A DNA stretch of 64,000 bases from Callorhinchus milii (taxonomy: Eukaryota), in contig NW_024704743.1 of the NCBI RefSeq assembly GCF_018977255.1, positions 12,092,001 through 12,156,000 of the forward strand, given 5' to 3'. The notes beneath the pieces are model-generated. The model searched no databases. It was not told the origin of the DNA and worked only from the letters and a program-made list of their open reading frames with translations. Position numbers and translations under genes: made by a program. Shown here piece after piece: positions 1-11,977 of this stretch (positions are counted from its first letter, which is position 1; each line of letters starts with the position of its first letter).

Positions 1-414
1 TTAACTTGTCAATCTCCTTCCGACTATTTTGCGGTCTATAGCATACACCTAAAAGAGTAACAGCTCCTTTTCTGCTCCTTAACTCTAACCAAATGGATTC
101 TGTTTTTGGACCCTCTAGCACATCGAGAGCCGTAACCAGGTCTTCAATCAATATTGCCAACCCCCTTTTTTTTCCTTCCCTATCACTCCTGAATACATTG
201 TAGCGAGGAATATTCAGCTCCTATTCCTGCCCTTGTTTGAGTCAGGTCTGTATTGCCACTACATCATAATCCCATGTTGCAACTTGAGCCTGCAATTCAC
301 CAATATTATTTGTCACACTCCGTGCATTTACGCACGTGCTCTCCAAGACTGACTGAGTCTGCTCTGCATTTCTCCCCGTCTAATCCCTTCTTTTTCTGGA
401 CTACTCCTTATTGC

Positions 415-785
415 ATTGCGTATGCCAACTCCCTGCTTGTCGGTCTCCCCAACTGTTCCCTCCACAAGCTGCAGATCATCCAGAACTCTGCAGCTCGTGT
501 GCTCTCCTGCACCAGGCTCCGTGACCCCATTACCCCCACCCTCGCCCAGCTCCACTAACTCTCCATCCCTCAGAGGTTTGAGTTCAAAATTCTCATCCTC
601 ACCTTCAAGGCCCTCTATAGCCTTGCCCCGTCCTACCTCTCCAACCTGCTGACCTCTTATCAACCTGTCCGCTCCTTCCGTTCAGCAGGCTCTGGCCTGC
701 TCCACGTCCCCCGTCCGGCCAACCCCCATTGGCAATTGGGCCTTCAGCCCCTCTGCTCCCACCCTCTGGAACTCCATCCCACATT
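415..785 (+). mobile_element. L2 LINE 3' fragment
   Basis: YANSLLVGLP...KLQIIQNSAARVL...ITPTLAQLH, typical of the L2 ORF2 C-terminus. Confidence 0.85.
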
Positions 786-1045
786 CCCTATCTGTACCAT
801 TTTTCTAGCCATGTATCCATATGTTTGATCCTGCTGCTTTGATACTCACTTGCACGAGGCACTGGGAGTAAACCAGAGATCACCACCTTTGAGATCCAAC
901 TCTTTAGCTTTTTCCCTAGCTTCTGATACTCTCCCTGTAGGATCTCAGTCCTTTTTCTCTCTATGTCATGGATCCCAACATGGACCATGACTTCTGGTGT
1001 TCCCCTTCCCCCTATAGAATGTTTTGCACCCGTTCCATGATATCT

Positions 1046-1360
1046 TGTGGAGTCCTGTAGCTCAGTAGTAAGAGCACTCGCTTTGCAAGTGAGAGACCTG
1101 AGTTCAATTCCAGGCAGGCGAAACCTTGGGCAAGTTTCCTTACTCCACACACCTAATAATAATCCCTCCAAAAACAAAAAATCAATAAGTTGGTTATTTT
1201 CAATCTACGACTGATGGTGGGACATTGCTGTGCGCAATTGGCTGCCGCGTTTGCCCACAGATATACAGTCAATTCACTTTACAGTATATTCTGTGAAGTG
1301 CTTTGAGACGTCTAGAAAACGTGAAAAGCGCTATATCAAATGCAAGGATTATTATTATTA
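1046..1360 (+). mobile_element. Young tRNA-headed SINE (Deu-like body, L2-like tail, (ATT)n end)
   Basis: A box (tagctcagtagt) and B box (gagttcaattcc); near-identical copies at 12964, 27398, 56851 and 58586; TATCTT on both flanks is a probable TSD. Confidence 0.92.
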
Positions 1361-3060
1361 TCTTCAACCCTGGCACCGGGGAGGCAACTTAGCATGCGAG
1401 TCACATTTTTGGTTGCAGAAATGCCTGTCTATTCCTTTCACTGTTGTGTCCCCAATGACAATTGCATTGACACACTTCTCTGCGTCCCCCAGTGCATCTA
1501 CTTGTTTTTGACTCCCCTCTCCAGAGGTGACATCACCCTGACCGGTATTCAGTACAGAGAACCGGTTTGTGAGTGCCACACTCAGGGGATTTCTGCATTG
1601 CCCATACCCTCTTCCTACCATGCTGGGTTGGTCACCCACCCACTCTTCTGAACTCTCTGTGGCTGTGGGGTGACCACTTCCTGAAACATTCTATCTATGA
1701 ACTCTTCAGCTTCCCGTATGCTATGTAGTGACTCTCGACTCTCCTCGAGCTCAAAAACTCTGAGCTCAAGCAGCCAGAGGCACTTCCTACACAAGTGTTT
1801 GTCCAGTAAACTCCTGATAACTCATCACTCCAAAGGCAAAAGGCTTAGTGACAAGGTATGCAGAGCGTTAAGTTAGGTATATGTATAAATACATAAATAA
1901 TTGAGTTTTTGTACATGCACACTCGCACACTTCTCCACGATCATTAAGGTATGGTGAAAGGCAGGGCACTGGGATTGAAACCTCTGCCAGGATTCTGCCA
2001 TGCAGTTTCCATGGGCTGAATGGCCTCTTCCTGTGCCTGGCTTCCTATGTTTCTTAATGTGTCTTGATCCCCTTTTGCTGAAGGTGAGGGGGAAAAATGG
2101 AAAGAGTTTTATATTATGACCGACTTCCCCTTCTCACTCCCACCCTAATGTAAATCCAGTTGGACCAGTAATGCATTCCCAAAAGCTGGGGTTTTATGGG
2201 CTGGGCTATTGGGTAGCTGTGTGAGCTATGTACTTGAATGGAACTGATACAGGACAACAACAACTTGCATTATTCGGTGCCCTCACATGGTGTAGCTTCT
2301 CAGAGCATTCAACAGTGGCATAGTTTGACCCTGAGCCAGGGAGAAAGGAAAGCTAACTGTAGGCACATTTGAAGATGGAAGTCTTCAGGTGCAATCTGAA
2401 GACAGTCAAAAGAGGGGCCAAGGTGGGATTGAGGCAAGTAGTTCCAGCAGACCTCAATCTAGACAACACTATTAGCAGCCATATTAGCTTTCAAAAGGGA
2501 ACTAGATAGATATGTAAAATAAGAGTCAACTTTTGGCTTCCAGGGAAAGGGCAGGTACATGGGACTGAAAGGATTGTTTTTTAAAAGAACCAGTACAGGC
2601 ACGATGGGCCTAGCTTCTCCTGTGCTGTAAGATTCCATGGTTCTCTTTTAGACGGTGCAGAATTTGGCAGATACTTAGAAAAAGTTGTTCTTCTATAGAC
2701 TTTAATTTAAAGACTCCCATTTACGAATTTGCCAAATTCTGTACCCTCTGTATTGCTAAGAAAATAGTGGTTTAAATCTAGACTGAGGTGAAATTTTTGC
2801 CCCAGCGTGATATGACGAATTGCTGAGTTAACATGAACAAGGCATGAGCAGGACATGCAAGCGGAGGAGTTGGGTTTGATTTCCGGGCAGGGCGAAACCC
2901 AAGTCAAGTTTTGTTACGTTTCTGTTTACCAAGCTGTAAGTAGAAACCGCCTGTTAGTCGATTGGCGGATCACTTTCTAGGGATCTTTAAAAAAAATGTG
3001 GTCACTCAATCCACGACTGTTTGTGGGACAATGCTATGCGCTTTGAGACGTCTTAATGAT

Positions 3061-3425
3061 AATAATAACAATCCTTGCATTTTATATAGAGCCTTATCAC
3101 ATCTTCAAGGCGTCTCAAAGTGCTTCACAGAATATACTGTAAAGCAAATGGACTGTATATTTTGTGGGCGAAACGCAACAGCCAATTGCCCACAGCACTG
3201 TCCCACAAACAGTCATGGATTGAGTGACCAATTTTTTTTGAAGGAATTATTATCCCCGAAAAAGCGATCTGGCAATCTGCTAACAACCAGGTTCCTAGTT
3301 ACTGCTAGGTAAAATAGGGGTGTAGAGTAAGGAAACTTGGCCAATGTTTCGTCCTGCCGGGAATCAAACCCAGGTCTCTCACTTGTGAGGCGATTGTTCT
3401 AATCACTGAGGTACAGGACTCCACA
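3061..3425 (-). mobile_element. tRNA-headed SINE, long (older) subfamily
   Basis: Reverse complement of the same head and tail with an extra ~60-bp middle segment (ctagcagtaa...ggaacc...gattg...gatcg). Confidence 0.85.
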
Positions 3426-3898
3426 TGTGTGATAATGTGATAAAGTAGCTATATCAAAGGCAATGATTATTATTATTATTTGGGAAAGTATGGATCATTT
3501 GCTATATGTTCAGAGGTGTCAACCTAGCTCAGTGTGTATCAACTTCGCCTTTGAGTCAGAAGAATGAGTTCTCAAAAAAATGCTAATGCCAATCAAGTAA
3601 TGCGGGAAGCGCTGCATTGTCGGAGATGTTTGACGTCTGTTTAGGTGGAGGTTAAAGATCCCATGGCAGTAATCAAAAAGAGAAGTGAGTTTCTCCCAGT
3701 GTCCTGACCAACAAACCTCCAAATGAAAGCAGTCATTTATTCACTTCATAGCTGGTCATTGCTATTCACAATTGGCTGCCAGGCTCACCAACAAAATACA
3801 CAGTCACTACACTTTGTGCTTTGAGATGGCTTGACTACGTGCTAAAACGAGATATCTAATGTGAGGATGATTATTATTAATATCTATTTGTGATTCAG

Positions 3899-3972
3899 AT
3901 TGGGCTACCAGGGTGAAGCAGATCGCTAAATTGTGGAGGAAGGCAAGCTCTCAGGAGAGAGCCCCGTATGTG
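3899..3972 (+). CDS. KMT2C: KMT2C exon ~34 (74 bp), HMG-box region (D)WATRVKQIAKLWRKASSQERAPYV
   Basis: ttcag|AT TGG GCT ... TAT GTG|gtaagt. Confidence 0.95.
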
Positions 3973-4599
3973 GTAAGTGAAGCTCTGGTGTATATTATTT
4001 ATGAAAACTCAATGATTTGCATTGATTTTTTTTTCCTGTATTAATTTGCAACAACAACTTGCATTTATATAGCACCCTATATAACACACAATAGAATCTC
4101 TGAGCACTGAGGATGGTGGGGGGCGGGGTTGGGGGTAGAAGGGACAGCAGGAGAGGGGGACTTCGCAATACAGACTATGGGATGGAGGTTATTAAAATGG
4201 CAAGCTTTTCAAACATTTATAGTTTGGTCACTCAATCCACCACTGTTTGTGGGACACTGCTGTAAGCAATTGGCTGCCGCATTTTGCCCACAAAATATAC
4301 AGTCAATTCACTTTACAGTATATTCTGTGAAGCACTTTGAGACATCTCAAAGACACGATAAGGCACTATATCAAATGCAAGGATTATTATTATTAACATT
4401 GCTTGAGTCTCCACACAAGACTCCGTGATTTGTTCAAGGAATTTTTTGGGGAGGGAAAAGGGGAAAGGTTAAATTTGTGGCTGTTATCAAATAAACGGGC
4501 TGACTCCCACACACACAACCCCATCCGCATCTGATGCCAATTTCAGTAGTGAAGTATGTAAAGTTTGCAGTATTTGACTTGTCTTTGGCTGCTGATTAG

Positions 4600-5780
4600 T
4601 TCATAGAATTATACAGCATAGAAGGAGGCCATTTGGCCCATTGTGTCTGTGCCGGCTCTTTGACAAGAACTATCCAAATCAATCCCACTCCCCCACATAG
4701 CCCTGCAAACTTGTGCTCCCCAAATAATTACCTACTTCTCTCTTAAAAGTTGTTATCAAATCGGCTTCCACCACCCTTTCAGGCAATGCGATCCGAGCAA
4801 CTCTCTGCATTTAAACAAAAGTCTCCTCACCTTCCCTCTTTTAATAACTATTTTAAATCGGTGTTCTCGGTTTACCGACCCACCAACCAATGGAAATAGT
4901 TTCTCCCTGTTCACTCTATCGAATTCCCTCATAATTTTGTAACCTTCTATTGAGTCTCCTCTTAACCTTCTCTGCTCCAAGGAGAATAATCCTAGCTTCT
5001 CTAGCTTCTCCTGACAACTAAAGTCCCTCAATTCTGGTACCATCCTGGCAAATCTCCTTTGCGGCATCTTCAATGCCTTAACATCCATCCTAAAGTGTGG
5101 TGCCCAGAACTGAACGGAGTACACCAGCTGAGGCTTAATCAGTGTTTTATAAAGCTTCATCGTAACTTCCTGACTGTTCCTTCACCCCCTTTAAGATTGC
5201 ACCATCAGCTTATATTGCCTCTCATTCTTCCTCCCAAAATGCACCACTTTGCATTTATCCACATTAAACTTCATCTGCCACGTGTCTGCCCATCTTACCA
5301 ATCTGTCTATGTCCTCTTCCAGTCTGCTGTTATCCTCCTCACCATTTACTACTTTTCCTAGCTTAGTATCATCTGCAAACTTGGAAATTGTACTCCCTCT
5401 ACCCAACTCCAGGTCATTTATATAGATCAAAAAGAGCAGTGGTCCAAAAACCTCCCCTGTCAGACAACACTGCACACTTTCCTTTAGTCAGAAAAATAAT
5501 CGTTCACCACCTCTCTCTGCTTTCTGTCTCCCAGCCAGTTCTGTATCCATGCTGCCACTGTCCCTTTAATACCGTGGGCTTCTATTTTACCTACAAGTGC
5601 CTCTCTTATGTGGCACTTCATCAAACGCCTTTTGAAAATCCATATAAACTACATCAACTGCACTACCTTCATCCACCCTCTCCGTAACTTCATCAAAAAA
5701 CTCTTATCAGGTTTGTTCGACACAATTAGCCTTTAACAAATCCGTTTTGGCTGTCCTTTATTAACCCATATTTTTCTAAA
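4600..5780 (-). mobile_element. CR1 LINE 3' fragment (RT and 3' UTR)
   Basis: GPLLFLIYINDL...KFADDTKL and LYKTLIKPQL...LEKLGLFSLEQRRLRGD; ttctatga-type terminus near 4600. Confidence 0.9.
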
Positions 5781-6819
5781 TGAAATGTTGAATTATTTTC
5801 TAAGAAACTCATTGCCCACAGCAGTGTCCCACAAACAGTTGTGGATTGAGTGACCCAAATTTTTTTGGGGGATGTGTGGGGCTACTGTCTCCATCCAGAA
5901 GAGGGGATGTCATGGAAGGGTTGGGAAGAGGGATAGGGCAGGGCAGTGGGATTGAAGTGCAGACTTGATGGGCCGAATGGTCATCGCCTGCACTGAAAAT
6001 TTCTATTGAGCGCTTTGAGCCGTCCTTCAGACAGGAAAGATGCAATATCAACTGCGAATGTTATTATCATTTATTGTTGTGAGCCATTGCTATGTGTAAA
6101 TTGGCTAACTCATTGGCCCACAAAATACACAGTCATTCCATGACACATTCCTGTGAAGTGCCTCGAGATGTGCTCAAGGACACAGATTCAAGATAATTGG
6201 CAAAAGAACCAATGGGGAGGGGAGATGAGAATTTGTTTTACATAACGAGCCGTTACGATCAGGAATGCACTGCCTAAAAGAGTGGTGGAAGCAGAATCAA
6301 TAATAATTTTCAAAAGGAAATTAGATATTTACTTGAAAAGAAAAAAGTTTGCAAGGATTAAGGGGAAAGAGTGGGGAGTGGGCCTAATTAGGTAGCTCTT
6401 TCAAAGATCAGGCACAGGCACCATGGGCCGAATGGCCTCCTGCGCTGTAGGATTCTATGATTCTGTAATAATATAATAATAATCTTTGCATTTGATGTAA
6501 CGCCTTATCACGTCATTGAGACTTCGCAAAGTGCTTCACAGGATATATTGTTCAAGTGCTCTGAGACGCTGTCCTGCATGGAGGCTGCTATGTAAGTGCA
6601 AGTTGTACTTGTAGTAGTTGTAAAGGGGAGGGACTGTGTATTTTGTTGGCAAAACACATCAGCCAATTGTGCACAGAAGTGTCCCACAAACTAATGTTTC
6701 CAATATATTTTTAAGATTTTTTGAAATATAATCCTATGTAAGGATTTAGAAATAAAATGGCTGTGCTAGGTTCTGCGTTACATGCAGAGTTGACGTTTTT
6801 TGTAACCCTGCGTTTGCAG

Positions 6820-7002
6820 CAAAAAGCTAGAGACAATCGCGCGGCTCTGCGTATCAACAAGGTGCAGATAACCAGTGAGTCTTTGAGGAGACAGCAACAG
6901 GAGTGCGTCGATTCTGTCACCCGCCCAGACGCAGACTTGCCCTTTAAAGACCAGATGAAGCAAAAGGAATCTGAACATGAGCAGGAATGGAAGATGCGGC
7001 AG
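6820..7002 (+). CDS. KMT2C: KMT2C exon ~35 (183 bp), QKARDNRAALRINKVQ...EQEWKMRQ
   Basis: ttgcag|CAA AAA GCT ... CGG CAG|gtaatc; lies within ORF 6757..7107. Confidence 0.95.
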
Positions 7003-8339
7003 GTAATCACTATCGCATTTGATTTCTCTCAAGTAATTGCTCTCTGTTGTGAGCGTGTTTTGGGACGGGCGGAGGGGGAGGTGTGGTCCCATTGGGTTAA
7101 TCTATGAGTAAAAGGTGCACAAAGAAACTTTCAGTGCATCACTTCACAATGTCTTCCTGTTTTAAAGCCACGTTTCTACCCCTCTCCCCCACACAAAAAG
7201 AATTTTTACCTACTTCAATGGGTAATCTTTACCTACTTCAATGACACAACCCAGTATGCCACCGAGAAGGTGCCAGGTTGGTTCTGCAATACCATCCAAA
7301 ACAGCAGTCTTTACAAATGGGCTTTGTTCCTTGAGCCAGGAAACCAAACAAAAAGCGAGCCGTGCTATCTGCAAATTCTACATGCTCTAAGCCTTAAGTC
7401 AACCACAGTAACAAAGCGCCCCTCATGCAGCGTAGCATCCCAGAGGAAAGTCTTCAGACACAACCTAACAATGGGTGGCTGAAAGAACGGCCACCGATGG
7501 TGGAACGGACGGCACGAGGGACAAGCCAGGAAATTTACGGATAAATCCATAAATTCTCTTCAAAACAAAATCAAGGCTGAGGCTAATTGTGGCACTCGTA
7601 TCAGCGTTCCATCGGTGAGATGAGGTAACTGAGTGCAGGTCAGGAACCAAATCTGGGACTTTCCAACTCTCTGTGACTATTCTACAATGCTTAGTGCCCT
7701 CGGTTAATGGAGTTTTCCGAGCAGCAGGGATTGGTATCTCTGCACACATTCAGTCGAGCCAGATATTTTGTCACATGAGTTGCAATAACTCATTCCTGGC
7801 TGTTTACCCAACTTTTGCTATTTCCTTGTGGACTTCAGATGGTAATAGGGAAGAATTGCATTTGAATATTGACCCGAGTTACCCAGGAATGTAAAGCAGT
7901 AGTAGTCAACCCTTTTGGGCACCAACAAAAGAGAAATAAGTCATGCAAACTGCCATAAATCAAGAAATATTCAATCAAGATAAACCTGGAAGCACACTAT
8001 TAATTGAAAATAAACTTTGTGTGAATGTCCAGGGGCCGCTTCTTGAGGGTCCCTGGATTTTCTGATCTTGCTTTCACCCATCCTAACTCTTAATTTTGAC
8101 TGTTTGCTGGACGCCACTGTCCGCAAATTGGCTACTGTGTTCGCCTACAAAATACACAAGTCACTACAGTTCACAGTAAATGTGAAGCACTTTGAGGCAT
8201 CCTCCTGATGTGAAAGGTGCTACATTTGGATTTATTTTTATTATTTATTTTGTTGTTATTCCTTGTTTGCCTTGGCTTCTGAGTTTAACAATGTCTTTCA
8301 CTCCAATGGTGTAAACAATTGGATCTGACCCCTACTTTA

Positions 8340-8555
8340 TTTTTTCCTATTTCTTTCTCTCTTTCTCTTTTCTCTTTTTCTTGGTCTCTTTCCATCTCTT
8401 TCTATCTCTCTCTTTGCATCTCTCTTTCTCTTCCATTCTCTTTCTTTTTCTTTCTCTCTTCCCTTCTTTCTCCTCTTTCCCCCCCATTGTTCTCTTCCTT
8501 TATCTCTTTCCCGCCTCTTTCTCTCTCTCTCTTCCTCTCTCTCCCTCTCCTCCCT
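8340..8555. repeat. CT-rich low-complexity tract just upstream of the exon ~36 acceptor
   Basis: About 215 bp of near-pure pyrimidines. Confidence 0.9.
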
Positions 8556-8575
8556 GGTGGTGTGGAAAAACACAG

Positions 8576-10987
8576 CAAATGCGTCAGAAGAGTAAGCAGC
8601 AAGCCAAGATCGAGGCCACGCAAAAGCTGGAGCAGGTGAAGCATGAACAGCAGCAACAACAGCAGCAACAGCAACAGTTTGGGGCCCAGGAACAGCTGGA
8701 GGGAGAGGACAGCCCGGAACACGGGTCTCCACTGCAAACCAAGGAAGTCTTTACTGTGAGGTCCCAGGTCCAGGGGGACGCTACGGACGATGTCTTCCTC
8801 AGACCCCAGGCTCCGCCGCCGACCCCGACCAGGGCCTCGCTGCAGGACCCATTCTCACAGTCTCAAACCCCACAGCCGCAGATGTTTCCCCCCACAGTGA
8901 ACCGTCCCTCATCCCCCTGGGACCCGTATGCTAAAATGGTGGGGACCCCCAGACCACCTCCGCTGCAGACGGTCGCCCGGAGAAACTCGGCCCCCCCTCT
9001 GGAGTCCTGCACCTCCCCACAAGGTGGGGCCCGGCCCGGTGGGGGCAGCGAAGCCAGCGAGTCATTTGGGTCTCTGTCACCCGGCTCCAGCGATCCATAC
9101 GCCAAAGCTCCGGACACGCCTCGGCCCATAATGTGCGTGTCGCCCGCCGATCACTTCCCTAAGGCCCTGGGGCTGCCTAGGGGGCTTGCGACCTCCGACC
9201 CCCAGGCAAGCATGCTGGGAACTACGGGAGACCACTTTGTCAAGCCGGCTGCCAGGCCCGAATCCTTCGCCCCCCGGCTCCAACCTCCACCAGGAAGAAC
9301 ACTGCCCCCCGACCCCTACGCCAGGCCAGGTGGCGAGGCCGGGGGTGGGCACTTATTCAAGGCCCCAATGCCTCCCCCTCAGGACCCATACGGGCCCGTG
9401 TCACCGTCCCCCAGGCGTCTCCCCATCGACCCCTACGAGAGGCATCCTCTGACCCCCAGGCCTGCGGACAGTTTCCTGCTGCCTGTGGATCCTTATGCCC
9501 AGCCCCTGCACACCCTCGCCTGGGCACGGAGACGTTTCCCCACCCGCCCAGGGTCTCCCGGCCAAACCAGGTGGACAGCTTCCCTCAACCGGGGGCTGTG
9601 TCCAGGCAGAGGTCGCCTCACGACCCTTACTCCCAGCTGCCAGGGACCCCTCGGCCTGCCATTGACCCCTACACCCAACAACCAGGAACTCCAAGACCCC
9701 AACCCCAGCAGATAGAGCCGTATTCTCAACAACCATCTACTCCGAGACCCCCTCCACAGCAGATTGACCCCTACGCCCAGCAGCCAGGAACTCCGAGACC
9801 CCAACCCCAGCAGATTGACCCCTATGCGCAACAACCATCTACTCCGAGACCCCAACCCCAGCAGATTGACCCCTACGCCCAGCAGCCAGGAACTCCAAGA
9901 CCCCAACCCCAGCAGACAGATCCCTACGCCCAGCAGCCAGGAACTCCGAGACCCCAACCCCAGCAGATAGATCCCTACGCCCAGCAGCCAGGAACTCCGA
10001 GACCCCAACACCAGCAGATAGATCCCTACGCCCAGCAGCCAGGAACTCCGAGACCCCAACACCAGCAGATAGATCCCTACGCCCAGCAGCCAGGAACTCC
10101 GAGACCCCAACCCCAGCAGATAGATCCCTACGCCCAGCAGCCAGGAACTCCGAGACCCCAACACCAGCAGATAGATCCCTACGTCCAGCAGCCAGGAACT
10201 CCGAGACCCCAACCCCAGCAGATAGATCCCTATGCCCAGCAGCCAGGAACTCCAAGACCCCAACCCCAGCAGCTAGACCCGTATTCTCAACAACCATCTA
10301 CTCCAAGACCCCAATCTCAGCAGATTGACCCGTACGCACAGCAGCCAGGAACTCCAAGACCCCCTCCACAGCAGATTGACCCTTATGCCCATCAGCCGGG
10401 CACCCCTCGCCCCCAAGTTGGTGAGCGTTTTGCACAGTCCCCCGTTAGCCAGAGATTTTCTGACCCATACGCACAGGCTCCCCTGACCCCCAGGCCCACC
10501 AGGCCCGACCACTTCTCGCAGGCTCAGCGGCTGATGATGCCTGAGAGCTTTGGCCGGCCAAGGATGATGAGGCCTGTGTTGTTGGTCGGTCAGGACGCTT
10601 TCATGCCATCACTGCATGCCAGCAGGGGCCCGGGCCTGCAAGACGCCTTCGCAAGACCTCGCACCCCACAAGGCTCCAGGCAAGATGGCGGCCCGTTCTC
10701 ACCACACGCCCCGGGACCTCGGCCAATGGCCCACGACCCGTATGCCCAACAGCCGGGGACCCCACGGCCTCCTCCGAGCGAGGGCTTCAGGCCAGCCAGG
10801 CTCCACCACGACATGGGCATCCTCCAGGGTACAGAACCCGCACATTTTGGCAACTCGTCGGGATCGCCGATGAATAACCCGCCAGCTCAGCAGTTCCCCG
10901 GTGTGCCGGCGGCAATGGATCCAGTCCCAAGCGATCCGCAGAATAACGTAAGTGCCTCACGTGGATGAGGAAGACAAACGAAGGCAG
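8576..10987 (+). CDS. KMT2C: KMT2C exon ~36 (large Pro/Gln-rich exon) with two apparent frameshifts (~9514 and ~10952); alternative in-frame end at 10947
   Basis: acacag|CAA ATG CGT CAG AAG; the reading passes from ORF 8381..9715 to ORF 9571..10968; ends DEEDKRRQ|gtaatt at 10987 or QNN|gtaagt at 10947. Confidence 0.85.
9661..10416 (+). repeat. Coding minisatellite, 51-bp unit (IDPYAQQPGTPRPQPQQ), 14 full copies plus 1 partial
   Basis: Unit starts at 9661, 9712, ... 10375 (exactly 51 bp apart); translation in ORF 9571..10968. Confidence 0.97.
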
Positions 10988-11642
10988 GTAATTCAGCATC
11001 AGCCTGGCTTCTCTGAGTCAAAAGGTTGTGGGTTCAAACCCTACATTAGGAATTGAAACTCATATAACCATATATCATAATAATAATAATAATCCCTGCA
11101 ATTTTTTTTTTTAATTTGGTGACGTAATCCACGACTGTTTGTGGGACACTGCTGTGTGCAATTGGCTGCCACGTTTCGCCTACAAAATACACATTACAAT
11201 TCACTTTACAGTATTTTCTGTGAAGCGCAAGGATTATTATTATAGTTGAGGCTAAAATTTTAAATTGGACTCAAAAGTAAACCCAGATCAATAACTTAGG
11301 ATGTACCAAGACAGAATAAGAAGACAGATTTACAGTTGTAAAAGATAATTTCAGGACAGATACTAGGAAGCTTTTCTTTACCAAGAGGGTAATTAATGAT
11401 TGGAACAAGTTGCTAGGAATGGTGTTTGAGGCCACGGCACTGGGATCCATTTAAAAAGCGACTTGATGCTGAGATGGTGGAGTGGTGGTTGGGTGGGTGT
11501 TCCAGATAGATTAAATTAGCCAAAGGGCCTTTGTAATCCAAACTAATTTGTGAAGTTGTGCAAACTAATATGGCTGGAATAGCGAATGCACCATTTGCCT
11601 TGTGGGTCCTGCAGTGAGCAAGGCCTCTGGTTTGACTTGCAG

Positions 11643-11977
11643 AGGCAGAGGTTGCGGGAGCTGATTTTGAGGCAGCAGCAACAGAAGAACGCAATCCGGC
11701 AGGAGAAAGGCCAGCAGGAGCATGTCATTGGGTCCAGCGTGACTCTGCTCCGCCACTGGCCCCAGGAGGATTTAAACCGGCAAAACGAGCTGTTCGGCAG
11801 ACCCCCACCCCCCTACCCCGGCAATGTCCGTGTCCCTCTCATTCCTCAACCAGGGCAGCGATTTGCGGATTCTTTTCAAAATGTCCCCCGGGCCCGCTTC
11901 ACCGCTGACCCTCAGTACAACAGAACCCAATTCTCCGGAGATATCACAAGGATTGTCATGAGGCCCCAGGGACCAAG
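11643..11977 (+). CDS. KMT2C: KMT2C exon ~37 (335 bp), RQRLRELILRQQQQK...RPPPPYPG...PQGP
   Basis: ttgcag|AGG CAG AGG TTG ... CCA AG|gtaatt; contains a PPPY motif. Confidence 0.93.

Larger units (their letters stand above)
1..1810 (-). mobile_element. Degenerate CR1 LINE fragment (ORF1 esterase region and ORF2 start) carrying nested L2 and SINE insertions
   Basis: Minus-strand peptides VIGDTTVKGIDRHFC and VHVGIHDI...KVVISGLLPVPRA; collinear with the CR1 at 26000-27400. Confidence 0.85.

Noticed and set aside
1046..1125. tRNA-like sequence with A and B boxes and a TGC anticodon-like loop (also at 12964, 27655-27729, 56851, 58586, 61601)
   Set aside because: Each copy continues into the same SINE body and (ATT)n tail, so these are SINE heads rather than tRNA genes.
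8319..8737. ORFs rich in S/L/F or R/E/K (also at 14248-14804 and 19901-20367)
   Set aside because: These are translations of CT/GA low-complexity tracts.
9493..10297. Long antisense ORFs (256 aa and 152 aa) over the repeat
   Set aside because: They are a by-product of a stop-free 51-bp unit repeated in tandem; there is no independent coding evidence.
9661..10416. CRISPR-like regular array
   Set aside because: The units are contiguous with no unique spacers, lie in frame in a eukaryotic exon, and there are no cas genes.
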